DNA of 64,000 bases from an uncultured Actinomycetes bacterium (GTDB taxonomy: Bacteria; Actinomycetota; Thermoleophilia; RBG-16-64-13), in contig CAWJDT010000001.1 in the NCBI GenBank assembly GCA_963841735.1, positions 1 to 64,000 of the forward strand, written 5' to 3'. The notes beneath the pieces were generated by a model. It searched no databases, was not told the origin of the DNA, and saw only the letters and a program-made list of their open reading frames with translations. The translations under genes were made by a program, and so were the position numbers. Every line of letters begins with the position of its first letter. Within the stretch, counting starts at the first letter, position 1. Below, in pieces: positions 29,956 to 38,788 of the stretch.

Positions 29956-29985
29956 AGTATAGTCCTCGCATACTGACCCCGTCAA
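29956..29985 (-). promoter_or_regulatory. Promoter TTGACG-N18-TATACT driving the leader RNA + NYN
   Basis: Near-consensus boxes. Confidence 0.7.
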
Positions 29986-30089
29986 TCAGACTTAGGACCT
30001 AGACGTTGGCTCACAGCCCGTTGGGCGCGTGCGCCTGTCAGCAGCGCTGGGCACAACCAACTGAAGAGCCGCGTCCTCGAAGGCCTTCA

Positions 30090-30398
30090 CATGGGCGTCA
30101 CCGCCCGAAGCTGGCTGGTATCGGGCATGTTGGCTGATGCGACCGGCCCAGGCAAATAGTGAAGGACCTGTCCGACCACGCCCAGACAATGTCGGACGCC
30201 CGGCATTTCTCTATGGAGATGGCAGCGCAGCTCGGGCCGAAGGTCGAAGCCCTTGAAGAGGATGACGAGCTCCAAGATGCGCTGCTCTCAGTGCATCACT
30301 CATGCATCCTCACGCTGTCGTCGACCACGGCGGCCAAGATCATTCAGAACAGCATCGGCAACGCGTTCATTCAGAAAGTCGTCCAGCAGCCGAAGTGA
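30090..30398 (+). pseudogene. C-terminal remnant of an SDH-family Clp-fold serine protease
   Basis: WLVSGML...KDLSDH...ARHFS...LEEDDELQDALLSVHHS...KIIQNSIG. Confidence 0.6.
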
Positions 30399-30423
30399 GG
30401 GACGCCCGACTGGGACGGGCCTG

Positions 30424-31494
30424 CTATCCGGGGGACTCCCACCCCTCGAATTCCCTCTGGGCTCGCGTCTGCTCTACATGCCACTGCTTCCACATTTGTG
30501 ACTCGTCTTCATAGGCCCTGCGGTCCACCACCCGAGGACGCATCTTCTCGATGTGAGGGCTAGGTTGCTTGGCGATGATGAGCCGATGCGCGCGCTTGGC
30601 GAGAACTTCTGACAGAAGTTGTGTCTGGTGTTGCGTAAGCTGCATCCGCAGTGGAAGCGTCTTACCGACCTCGGCAAGGAGAAGATGGCGTGGAGACAGT
30701 GGCATGACTATGTTGCCATTCGGGCGACCCCAGCCGCCATTGAGGTCCCAACCCTGTTCGCTGTAGCTCAGTAGAGCTACGGGCTGATCAGAGGTGAACC
30801 AGACGGCGTCACCGGCTGGCTCGGCAATTGACCAACTGTGCCTTGCGCACTGAGAACCAACTCGACCTTTCAGCAAGTGACGCTGCTCTTTCAGCCAAAG
30901 CTCCCTGCCAACGAGGACTCTAACCCCAATCGCCCCCTCGGATTCGTCCGGTTGGGGGCGATGAATCTCCAACTTGAACATGCCGTCAAGGTGCTCAGCG
31001 CCGGGGGCAACGGCAGGTCTTGGCAAGCTTGCGCCTTCACGCCGCAGCTGCTCGAGTCGCTGGATTGAGCGACCAAGCGTGCCCTCAAGCAAACCGGGGA
31101 GTCTCTCGCTCCACCTGTGCATACTCTCCATCAAGTACTGCGGCGTTCTCAGCTGTTGGCATAGCGCGTAGCGGCCAAGTGGTTGCAGATGATGGGGATA
31201 CAGATGAAGGCCGCCAAGCACTCTACTCATCGCAGCTTGTGCCGGTGCCTCGAATTCCCGTTCAAGCCAATGCTCGAACTCGTCTGACTCACGCTCGTCA
31301 TCCACGCTGGTGTAGAGGTCTCTCTCGAAAGCGACGCCACGCGGCACTCGCTGCTGCCACGCTTTCACATGGATATCGGGGACAAGAAGGCGATATGTCC
31401 AGACCTTCCCGGACCCGTCGGCCCAGTTCTTCAAGTACCACTGCGGTACGAAGTGATTGTCGTGCGTAATCTCAGGCACTTGTGCCTGGCCCAC
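30424..31494 (-). CDS. DUF4238 domain protein
   Basis: HDNHFVPQWYL N-terminal motif, WFTSDQPV, MPLSPR. Confidence 0.88.
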   Translation of the reverse strand: MGQAQVPEITHDNHFVPQWYLKNWADGSGKVWTYRLLVPDIHVKAWQQRVPRGVAFERDLYTSVDDERESDEFEHWLEREFEAPAQAAMSRVLGGLHLYPHHLQPLGRYALCQQLRTPQYLMESMHRWSERLPGLLEGTLGRSIQRLEQLRREGASLPRPAVAPGAEHLDGMFKLEIHRPQPDESEGAIGVRVLVGRELWLKEQRHLLKGRVGSQCARHSWSIAEPAGDAVWFTSDQPVALLSYSEQGWDLNGGWGRPNGNIVMPLSPRHLLLAEVGKTLPLRMQLTQHQTQLLSEVLAKRAHRLIIAKQPSPHIEKMRPRVVDRRAYEDESQMWKQWHVEQTRAQREFEGWESPG

Positions 31495-31932
31495 CTGACT
31501 TCCACTCCCAGATCCGCCCCTTCACCGCCATATAATTCGCATCCAGCGAGGGCTGCAGCAGCAAAATCGCCCCAATCCGCCGCGCCATCCGCGTGACCTC
31601 GCGCACCTCGTCGGTCTTGAGGTCCCGGCCCAGGAGCGCCTTCTCCCGATAGCTCAGCCATTTCTTCATCACCTAATATCCGCCGATGGTGTAGCTCCAC
31701 ACCCCCGCCGGCACCCCGCGCCAGTAGGCGACGCCGTTTAGATAGACGTCCACCGCCTCGTCCCCCAGTTGAGCCAGAGCCTCCTGTGCGCTGAGGCCCA
31801 GGGCCTCAGCTCCTTGCCCGATGGCCGCCAGCTCTTCGGATGTCCAAGGTCTGGTACTCGTCTTTCCTTTGCCCGGCATGGTGACGCCCCCCTGACCGGC
31901 ATGACCCCAACCGGCGGTGACGGCCAGATCGC
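31472..31932 (-). repeat. R-M 3'-end copy C (CAG>TAG nonsense change), overlapping the DUF4238 start
   Basis: DLAVTAGWG...YTIGGY*VMKKWLSYRE...WEW. Confidence 0.92.
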
Positions 31933-32030
31933 AGACCTGTCCGACTCATTCGCTAGAATAGTCCTGACGAATGCTAGTGGAAACTGTGGGGAGGCGGTCC
32001 CATCTGCAGGATTCCTCATATTGCGCTATT

Positions 32031-32047
32031 GGTAGCATGGTGCTACC
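32031..32047. promoter_or_regulatory. Palindrome GGTAGCA-N3-TGCTACC, likely MqsA operator
   Basis: Upstream of the mqsR-like start. Confidence 0.6.
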
Positions 32048-32072
32048 CTAGGCACGCTGCGGTCACGGTTTC

Positions 32073-32390
32073 GTGAGCCGGGAAGGTCCTCGATACGATC
32101 CGAAGGAGGTCGCGCGCCTCGCACGCGAAGGGCGTGTTGTCACTACCAAGCGCGTCCAGTCATGGCTCCTTAATCACAACTATGACGCCGCCGATACGGT
32201 CATCGAAGTGTTGACCTCCATCGAAACGCTAGGAAAATGGTTGAGTTCGTGCGTCTTGGGCAACTCCGAGATCGCCGATGAGTATGTCGTCACGGTCGAC
32301 GAAGAAGAATGGTATGTGAAGTTCTACGTAGACAATGAGCAAGTGGTGGTAAACGTGTGGTCGTGCTGGTGGCAGGGAGTGGCTCACTAG
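32073..32390 (+). CDS. MqsR-like toxin
   Basis: PRYD..EV N-terminus, ADEY...WYVKF; upstream of MqsA. Confidence 0.65.
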   Translation: MSREGPRYDPKEVARLAREGRVVTTKRVQSWLLNHNYDAADTVIEVLTSIETLGKWLSSCVLGNSEIADEYVVTVDEEEWYVKFYVDNEQVVVNVWSCWWQGVAH

Positions 32391-32415
32391 CCACGGTCGC
32401 GTCAGGGAGGATGTC

Positions 32416-32955
32416 GTGTCGATGTATCCGAAGACTTGTGGCGAATGCGGTGGCGCCGTTTCGCTGTCTTGCGCCGAGGTTCCTGTGGCCTTGCGCGGAG
32501 AAACGATCATGGTGCCGAATCTAGAGCACGGCCTCTGCGAAGGATGCGGCGAGGTCTTCCTCGACCTACGCGGAATGGAACAGCTGCAGAAGGAAGCCGT
32601 CAAGTGCTCGAAGCAGGCCAAGGGGCTGCTTACGCCGGATGAGGTTCGAGCCCTTAGGCATTCTCTCGGTCGTTCTCAGACTGCCTTTGAACAGCTGCTT
32701 GGAACGGGTCCGAAGACCGTCACCCGCTGGGAGAAGGGCACGGTATTTCAGAGTGCTACCGCCGATCGCCTCATGCGCCTGATTCGCGCCATGCCTGAGG
32801 TGGTCGAGGTACTCGAAGGCGAGGACAACTGCGTGAGCTCCGTGACGCAGTTGTCTAGGCGCAATGCAGGTCTCTTCACCCCGAGTTGGCGTGAACGTAT
32901 AGTGACCTCGCGCAACCTAAAGGTGGTGGTCGGTGACAACGCCGCTGCAGCTTGA
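32416..32955 (+). CDS. MqsA-family antitoxin with C-terminal extension (putative chaperone-addiction tail)
   Basis: CGECG...CEGCGE zinc finger, XRE HTH (TVTRWEKG), ~45-aa tail. Confidence 0.88.
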   Translation: MSMYPKTCGECGGAVSLSCAEVPVALRGETIMVPNLEHGLCEGCGEVFLDLRGMEQLQKEAVKCSKQAKGLLTPDEVRALRHSLGRSQTAFEQLLGTGPKTVTRWEKGTVFQSATADRLMRLIRAMPEVVEVLEGEDNCVSSVTQLSRRNAGLFTPSWRERIVTSRNLKVVVGDNAAAA

Positions 32956-33355
32956 CGCCTACGTCATAGACAGATTGCAGGTCGATACGCTGGAGAACTT
33001 CGACGACGGTGCCACCACAATGTCAGTGCATACCGACGTTGACCCCACACACCTTCTCTGCAACGAAGACCCGGCGGCGCACCAGCTTCGACTGAAGGTC
33101 GTATTTGGCCCCTCACAACCAGGGTCTGCCCCGTACTCAGGTGAGATAGTTGGCAGAGCCTTCTTCCATGTCTCTGATGACTTGAACGCGGAGGACACAG
33201 CCAGGTACATCCTCTTGAACGGCTCAGCCATTCTCTTCGGCCTGCTCCGGGCTCAGGTCGCACAGGTCTGCGCCCTTGGCCGATGGGGCGCGTTCCTGCT
33301 TCCTCCCGTGAACTTCGTAGAAGCGCTCGAGCAGAAGGCCGAAGCGGGGACCTAG
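32933..33355 (+). CDS. SecB-like chaperone
   Basis: PLQLDAY...NGSAILFGLLRAQV...FLLPPVNF. Confidence 0.8.
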   Translation: MTTPLQLDAYVIDRLQVDTLENFDDGATTMSVHTDVDPTHLLCNEDPAAHQLRLKVVFGPSQPGSAPYSGEIVGRAFFHVSDDLNAEDTARYILLNGSAILFGLLRAQVAQVCALGRWGAFLLPPVNFVEALEQKAEAGT

Positions 33356-33419
33356 AAGAAGTATCGCCTCCGGCCTGGGGAGGCGGGCGGTCAACCGGGC
33401 GCGTCGCGGCGCGATCTGC

Positions 33420-33915
33420 TCATGACCTTCCCCACTCGTAGGTGGCCCCCTTCACCGCCAGATAATTGCGGTCCAGCGCCGGCTGCAGCAGCAGAATCGC
33501 CCCAATCCGCCGCGCCATCCGCGTCACCTCACGCACCTCGTCGGTCTTCAGATCCCGGCCCAGGAGCGCCTTCTCCCGATAGCTCAGCCACTTCTTCATC
33601 ACCTGATATCCGCCGATGGTGTAGCTCCACACCCCCTCCGGCACCCCGCGCCAGTAAGCGACGCCGTTCAGATACACGTCCACCGCCTCATCCCCCAGTT
33701 GAGCCAGTGCCTCCTCTGCGCTGAGGCCGAGAGCCTCAGCTCCTTGCCCGATGGCCGCCAGCTCTTCGGATGTCCAAGGTCTTGCACTCGCTTTTCCTTT
33801 GCCCGGCATGGTGACGCCCCCCTGGCCGGCATGACCCCAACCGGCGGTGACGGCCAGATCACCGGTGCCCTCGTTCAGATTGCCCCCGCCCATCCGCGAG
33901 GCCACGCCCATCACC
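33420..33915 (-). repeat. R-M 3'-end copy B (open frame)
   Basis: GVASRMGGGNLNEGTGDLAV...YEWGRS*. Confidence 0.93.
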
Positions 33916-33935
33916 CCCCCACCCACGAATGTTGT

Positions 33936-34105
33936 CCTTGCAACCTGCAGCCACTGGGGGTACAGTGAACTTGAATCTGACCCTGGGCTAGACTCGGCAG
34001 TAGGATTCACCGGGCCCCCGAGAAGGGGCCCTTCCTTCGCCTAGAGACGAACAATCCCCTGTGCGTCCGCGGCGCTGGCCACTTTGCACAAGACCGGATC
34101 AAGAC
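33936..34105 (-). repeat. Second copy of the DUF3800 3' end (LDPVLCKVASAADAQGIVRL*) plus its downstream structured element
   Basis: Aligns with 24602-24772. Confidence 0.85.
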
Positions 34106-34124
34106 CGACGATGTATCCGGTGCC

Positions 34125-34200
34125 TTCACCCCAGGGGTGAACGACCACTTGACAAACTCCTCACATCAGGATACCCTTCACCTGAAGGGTGAAGGGTATC
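34125..34200 (+). promoter_or_regulatory. higBA promoter TTGACA-N17-TACCCT flanked by two TTCACC-N5-GGTGAA operators
   Basis: Operators at 34125-34141 and 34177-34193. Confidence 0.75.
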
Positions 34201-34221
34201 CTCAAAGTGCGGGAGACCCGG

Positions 34222-34515
34222 TTGCTTATCGAGTTCAAGACCAACAAGCTCAAGAAGTGCTTTGAGGACTCAAAGATGGGTCAACGCACCCTCGGCCCAG
34301 AAGTAGCCCGGAAGTACATCCAACGGATCCAACTTATCCAGCAGACCCATGACATCGACGAACTAGTGTCCCTACCAGGCCTGCGCTGCCACCCACTTGC
34401 CGGTGACCGCGAGGGCCAGCATGCAATCACACTGACCGGGTTCTATCGACTGATAGTCACAATCGAAGATGGAGTGGTCACGATACAGGAGGTCAGCAAG
34501 CACTATGGCGACTAG
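34222..34515 (+). CDS. higB: HigB (RelE-like) toxin
   Basis: IEFKTNKLKK...PGLRCHPLAGDREGQHAI...YRLI...SKHYGD. Confidence 0.85.
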   Translation: MLIEFKTNKLKKCFEDSKMGQRTLGPEVARKYIQRIQLIQQTHDIDELVSLPGLRCHPLAGDREGQHAITLTGFYRLIVTIEDGVVTIQEVSKHYGD

Positions 34516-35608
34516 GGAGGAGATCCATTCCGATCTGGCCGTTCCGCCCGGGGAATACCTCTCCGAGGTGTTGGATGACCTTGACATGTCCCAGGCCGAT
34601 CTGGCTCGACGTATGGGCAGACCCGCTCAGGCCATCAACGAAATAGTCAAGGGCACCAAGGCGCTCACCCCCGAGACGGCTCTGCAGCTAGAGCACGTGG
34701 TCGGTGTGCCCGCTCACATTTGGCTGGGGCTGGAGGCTGAGTATCGCCTCACTCTTGCGCGGCAAACAGAGTCGGCGGAGGTCGACAAGGAGACCCAGCT
34801 GCTCGAGGCCTTTCCATACAAACAGATGGCGGAACTGGCGTGCGTGGCCCCGGTCCGCAAAGCTCAGGACAAGGTGCGAGAGCTGCGGCGGTTCTTCGGC
34901 GTCGCCTCGCTGGCGCAGCTCGGACAACAGCCTGCCTACGCTCCAGCCTTTCGAGTCGGCGGCGGTGCTCGTCAACCTTCGGAGTACGGACTGGCCGCTT
35001 GGCTGCACTGCGGACACGTGCAGGCCCAAGCGACAGAGGTCGCGTCGTTCAGCGAGACGGCTCTTCGGGCTTCCATTCCTGAACTGAGAAGACTGACCAT
35101 GGCCCCGGCAGCGGAGGTGGCCTCCGCGCTACGCGTCCGCCTTGCTGATTGCGGGATCGTCTTCGCGCTATTCCCGCACTTCCCGAAGACCTACGCGCAG
35201 GGTGCGACGTTCTGGGTTACGCCGCGACAGAAGGCGGTGGTCCTGTCGAGCATCAGGGGCAAGTGGGCCGACATCTTCTGGTTCTCGCTGTTCCACGAGC
35301 TGGGTCACCTGCTCCTGCATGGCAACGCGACCTTCGTCGAAGTCGAAGGCGGGCAAGGCACGCGCGATTCCGCCGAGGAAGAAGCCGACTCCTTCGCCCG
35401 CGATGCCCTCATCCCAGCGGCTGATTTTGCAGCATTCGCCGGGACACTGGACTTCGGCCCCGGCGCCATCACCAATTTCGCGTCAGCGATGGAGATACAT
35501 CCCGGAGTGGTGGTCGGACGCCTGCAGCACGAGCAGCTGCTGCCGGTCAACCAGGGCATCCAACTCCGGGAGCGCTACGAGTTTGGGGCGGGTGCGGCGG
35601 CGGCGTAG
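34505..35608 (+). CDS. higA: HigA antitoxin fused to an ImmA/IrrE peptidase domain
   Basis: PPGEYL...MSQADLA...W(L)GLE; FWFSLFHELGH, EEEADSFA. Confidence 0.88.
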   Translation: MATREEIHSDLAVPPGEYLSEVLDDLDMSQADLARRMGRPAQAINEIVKGTKALTPETALQLEHVVGVPAHIWLGLEAEYRLTLARQTESAEVDKETQLLEAFPYKQMAELACVAPVRKAQDKVRELRRFFGVASLAQLGQQPAYAPAFRVGGGARQPSEYGLAAWLHCGHVQAQATEVASFSETALRASIPELRRLTMAPAAEVASALRVRLADCGIVFALFPHFPKTYAQGATFWVTPRQKAVVLSSIRGKWADIFWFSLFHELGHLLLHGNATFVEVEGGQGTRDSAEEEADSFARDALIPAADFAAFAGTLDFGPGAITNFASAMEIHPGVVVGRLQHEQLLPVNQGIQLRERYEFGAGAAAA

Positions 35609-35661
35609 ATCGGTGTACCGGATGGGCTGATGCTCAGACCCGTAGCCATAGGCGCTGCAGG

Positions 35662-37830
35662 TCAGGTCTTCGACATCTCCCTGTAGTGATCTAGGTAACC
35701 AGTCTTCTCGAACACCAAGCGCAGGCCCTCGCGAAACGTGTCGTAGTCGAACTCCTTCATGTCCAGGATGTTCTGCCCGAGAGAGTGAGACTCCCGGTTC
35801 ACGTAGCGACAAAACGCTTGGTACTTCGTGGCCTGCAATTCGGGCATCTGAAACACGTTGTTGAGGTCCTTTCTCCTCACGAAGTTGAAGAAGTACTCGA
35901 CTACGTTTCTCATGCAATTGGCGAGCAAGGCTGGCGGTTGGCAGGGGTCATTGATGATGGCCCAGTAAGCCTGATAGTCGTTCTGGATGTCTTCGTAAGC
36001 CATTCCAACGATTTGGCTGCCCGCGGAGTTCTTCGTCATCCGAAACAGCTTCTGATCTCTGCTTCGTCTATCGCGATTCGCGTCCGTCAACTCGTAGAAG
36101 AAGTACAAGCTGTGCGTCAGCACAAAGACTTGAGAAAAACGGTCCGACGAGAAGAAGGAACGCCGCAACAGTTGACCCACGTTGAAGACATAGACATGCG
36201 ACAGACTCGAAATCGGGTCATCAATGACCGCCACGCGACGAAGCCCCGTGTCCTCAACGCTTTGCCGCCCCTTACACAGCTCGCAGAAATACAGGAAGCT
36301 GATGATCATCTTCTCGCCCTCGCTCAGACTCCGGAAAGAAACGTCAGAATCATCCTGACGTGCTATCCGGTAAAGGGTCTCGGAGTGCTTGGTGATCGCG
36401 AAATCCTCAATACCCAAGTCGAGCAACGCAGCGTTGATGTTGCCCACGGCCTGGTCAGTATTTACCGTTTCCCGCTGAGCTGACGCGATAATCCGTCTCT
36501 GCTCCTCAACCTGCTCCTCAAACCGGGTCTTCTTATCTTCAAGCGCCTTTGTCTTGTCGTCCGACTCTTCCCGGTCCTGCAAATATCGGGAAACGGTTTG
36601 GTCGTACTGCCATCTCATCAGTTCCCAGAATTGGGCCTTTACGACATTGAGGGCGTCATCTCTGTGTCGAATCTTCTCCTGGTGCTGCCTGATTTGTTCG
36701 TTGGCACGGCTCAAGGCCTCACTAAGAGCATGAATGCTGGGCTTTGTGTTCTCAAGCTCCACCACCATGCTGGGGGTCGCCACCTTTGCCTGAAGCTTCC
36801 GAAGGTTCGCCTCCAGCTGTCGGGCACATTCGAGATGAAGCTTCGCGATCTCCGCAGAACAATCGAGCACGAGAGAGTATTCGCCGAGTTCTGGCGCGCC
36901 TCCCATGTTCGTGATGGCAGTTCGATAGGACTCTTCCAGCCCGCTGAGCGTCGATACGTCTTCCATGTATGAGTCGTCGAAGTACTGAGCGATGCTCTGC
37001 AACAGAGCGGGGGTTATTGTCTTCTCCTGGCAGAAGGGGCATGGGCTCCCCGCTTCGCCCGCGTCCTCGGGAACGTAACGTAGCCCCTCCCTCACCCAAT
37101 CCGAGTTCTCAAGCTTCTTGATTAGACCGGATACCGCACTGTCGTCGCTACCGACGATCGCCTTGGCAAGCAAAGGGTTGGATTCAACCGCGTGTTCGCA
37201 AAAAGCGAACTCCGTCAATTCGGCCAAGTCTTGCGCGGACACATCCTTGAGTGCTTCAACGTCCTTCTTGAGTTGTTCAATTGTTGTCTCAGGCTTCTCT
37301 GCCGGCTTCGTGAGCGACAAGACATGTGAAAGCAGCTTGTCCTTCTGAGCCTTGAACCCTTCGAGGCAGAACTCAAGCACGCGGTCGCCACCGCAGTGGT
37401 TCGTCTTGATCTCCCAGGTCTGCTCCATAGCCAGGGTTATCTTCTTGCCGAAGGCGGCCTTGGCCTCGTTTGTCTCCTGCGCGTTGGCGGCAAGAGCCTC
37501 TTGCAGAGCCCTAAGTTCCTGCTCAGCTCTGGATATCTTCTCCTCTGCCGCCTTGTTCTCTCTCGAAAGGCTGAATATCCCCTTGAGACTGTCAGACTCG
37601 TAGAAGTGATCTTGGACAAATCTCTGGTTGTACACCATCACAGCATCTGTCGTGTCTTGGGTCATTCGGCAATCTGCGAATCTCGCGTCACCACACCTGT
37701 AGAGGAAATCAGAGACTGTGGACTTCCCGGTGCCGTTCAGACCGTAGATTAGATTGACCTTCTTGTCAGTCACGAGGGAGGCCGTCGCACGGAAGCTGGC
37801 AACATTCGACATGTGTATCTCAGTAATCAC
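35662..37830 (-). CDS. RloC-like ABC ATPase / HEPN anticodon nuclease (AAA_13)
   Basis: GLNGTGKS, zinc hook CPFCQ, LSEGE, IDDPISSL, NCMRNVVEYF...NRESH. Confidence 0.85.
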   Translation of the reverse strand: MITEIHMSNVASFRATASLVTDKKVNLIYGLNGTGKSTVSDFLYRCGDARFADCRMTQDTTDAVMVYNQRFVQDHFYESDSLKGIFSLSRENKAAEEKISRAEQELRALQEALAANAQETNEAKAAFGKKITLAMEQTWEIKTNHCGGDRVLEFCLEGFKAQKDKLLSHVLSLTKPAEKPETTIEQLKKDVEALKDVSAQDLAELTEFAFCEHAVESNPLLAKAIVGSDDSAVSGLIKKLENSDWVREGLRYVPEDAGEAGSPCPFCQEKTITPALLQSIAQYFDDSYMEDVSTLSGLEESYRTAITNMGGAPELGEYSLVLDCSAEIAKLHLECARQLEANLRKLQAKVATPSMVVELENTKPSIHALSEALSRANEQIRQHQEKIRHRDDALNVVKAQFWELMRWQYDQTVSRYLQDREESDDKTKALEDKKTRFEEQVEEQRRIIASAQRETVNTDQAVGNINAALLDLGIEDFAITKHSETLYRIARQDDSDVSFRSLSEGEKMIISFLYFCELCKGRQSVEDTGLRRVAVIDDPISSLSHVYVFNVGQLLRRSFFSSDRFSQVFVLTHSLYFFYELTDANRDRRSRDQKLFRMTKNSAGSQIVGMAYEDIQNDYQAYWAIINDPCQPPALLANCMRNVVEYFFNFVRRKDLNNVFQMPELQATKYQAFCRYVNRESHSLGQNILDMKEFDYDTFREGLRLVFEKTGYLDHYREMSKT

Positions 37831-37867
37831 AAGGGCTCACTCATCGATATTTACACGCGTCCGCATG

Positions 37868-38713
37868 TTACCTGAGTACCGCGGCGAGGTCATTCACCGC
37901 GGCTTGGACCACCAGCCAGCCGATACCGCACGTGTCCGCATCAGGGAAGGTCTTCAGAGTCCACTGCTGATAGGGGTGGATGAGGTTGCGGAACTCCCGC
38001 AGCGCGTGTGAGAACTTTTTGACGTCGAGTCCGATCCACCCGCACTCATGCGCGACGTTGATCATGTCTGAGAGCGACCAATCAGCGAAGTGCTTAACCT
38101 TGCAGGAACCATGATCTGTGGGAGCAGAAGGGCAGATATTGGCCTGCTGCGGATGCTTCTGAAACACGGCGAGCAGGAGCCCCTCAAGGAGCGACCCCAT
38201 CAGTATCGTTGCCGCAAGAAACGATCCGGAGTTCACACATGTCTGCGTCTCGGTCCACCGGTTCGCAAGTACTGCACCAAGACTAGGCTCGAGCGACAAT
38301 GCCAAGAAGTCCGGAGGCGGAAGTGGCACGAGTTCCGGCTCTCTCTCAGGCTCTTCCTGAAACGAAGGGGTCACTTTGACGAGTGCTGGTTGGACGCCGT
38401 CGAGCTTCACTCCCAGACCCTCTAGCAGAAGAATCTGGTTGAGCCTGGCAACCGCCTGAAGCGTAAGGTGCTTGTCGCCTTGGTATTCGTGAGGGTCCGC
38501 CAGGCGGCAGATAACCGCTTTGAGGTTGTTCTCAGTCAGCTGATCAAGAACACCTAGGGTCCACCACTTCCTGGTTGAGCCGTCATGGGCGAAGTTCGAG
38601 AACCCGACATTGTGGAAGAACTCCGTGAGTTCGTGACCTTTGCGGTACTTCGGGTGGTCCGGAGAATCCCCACAGATCAGGCCAGCAAGTGATACTAGTG
38701 TCTGATGATCCAT
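37868..38713 (-). CDS. Hypothetical protein, AbiJ-N-like domain + HEPN-like C-terminus
   Basis: LICGD...YRKGHELTEFF...HDGSTRKWW; GSLLEGLL, FRNLIHP (RxxxxH-like). Confidence 0.65.
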   Translation of the reverse strand: MDHQTLVSLAGLICGDSPDHPKYRKGHELTEFFHNVGFSNFAHDGSTRKWWTLGVLDQLTENNLKAVICRLADPHEYQGDKHLTLQAVARLNQILLLEGLGVKLDGVQPALVKVTPSFQEEPEREPELVPLPPPDFLALSLEPSLGAVLANRWTETQTCVNSGSFLAATILMGSLLEGLLLAVFQKHPQQANICPSAPTDHGSCKVKHFADWSLSDMINVAHECGWIGLDVKKFSHALREFRNLIHPYQQWTLKTFPDADTCGIGWLVVQAAVNDLAAVLR

Positions 38714-38788
38714 CCCACCCCCGGTCGACGACAACAAGCGCCGCACGCCCGGCACTGCTCTCTTTCGCGACGCCCAGATGCCTTCATG

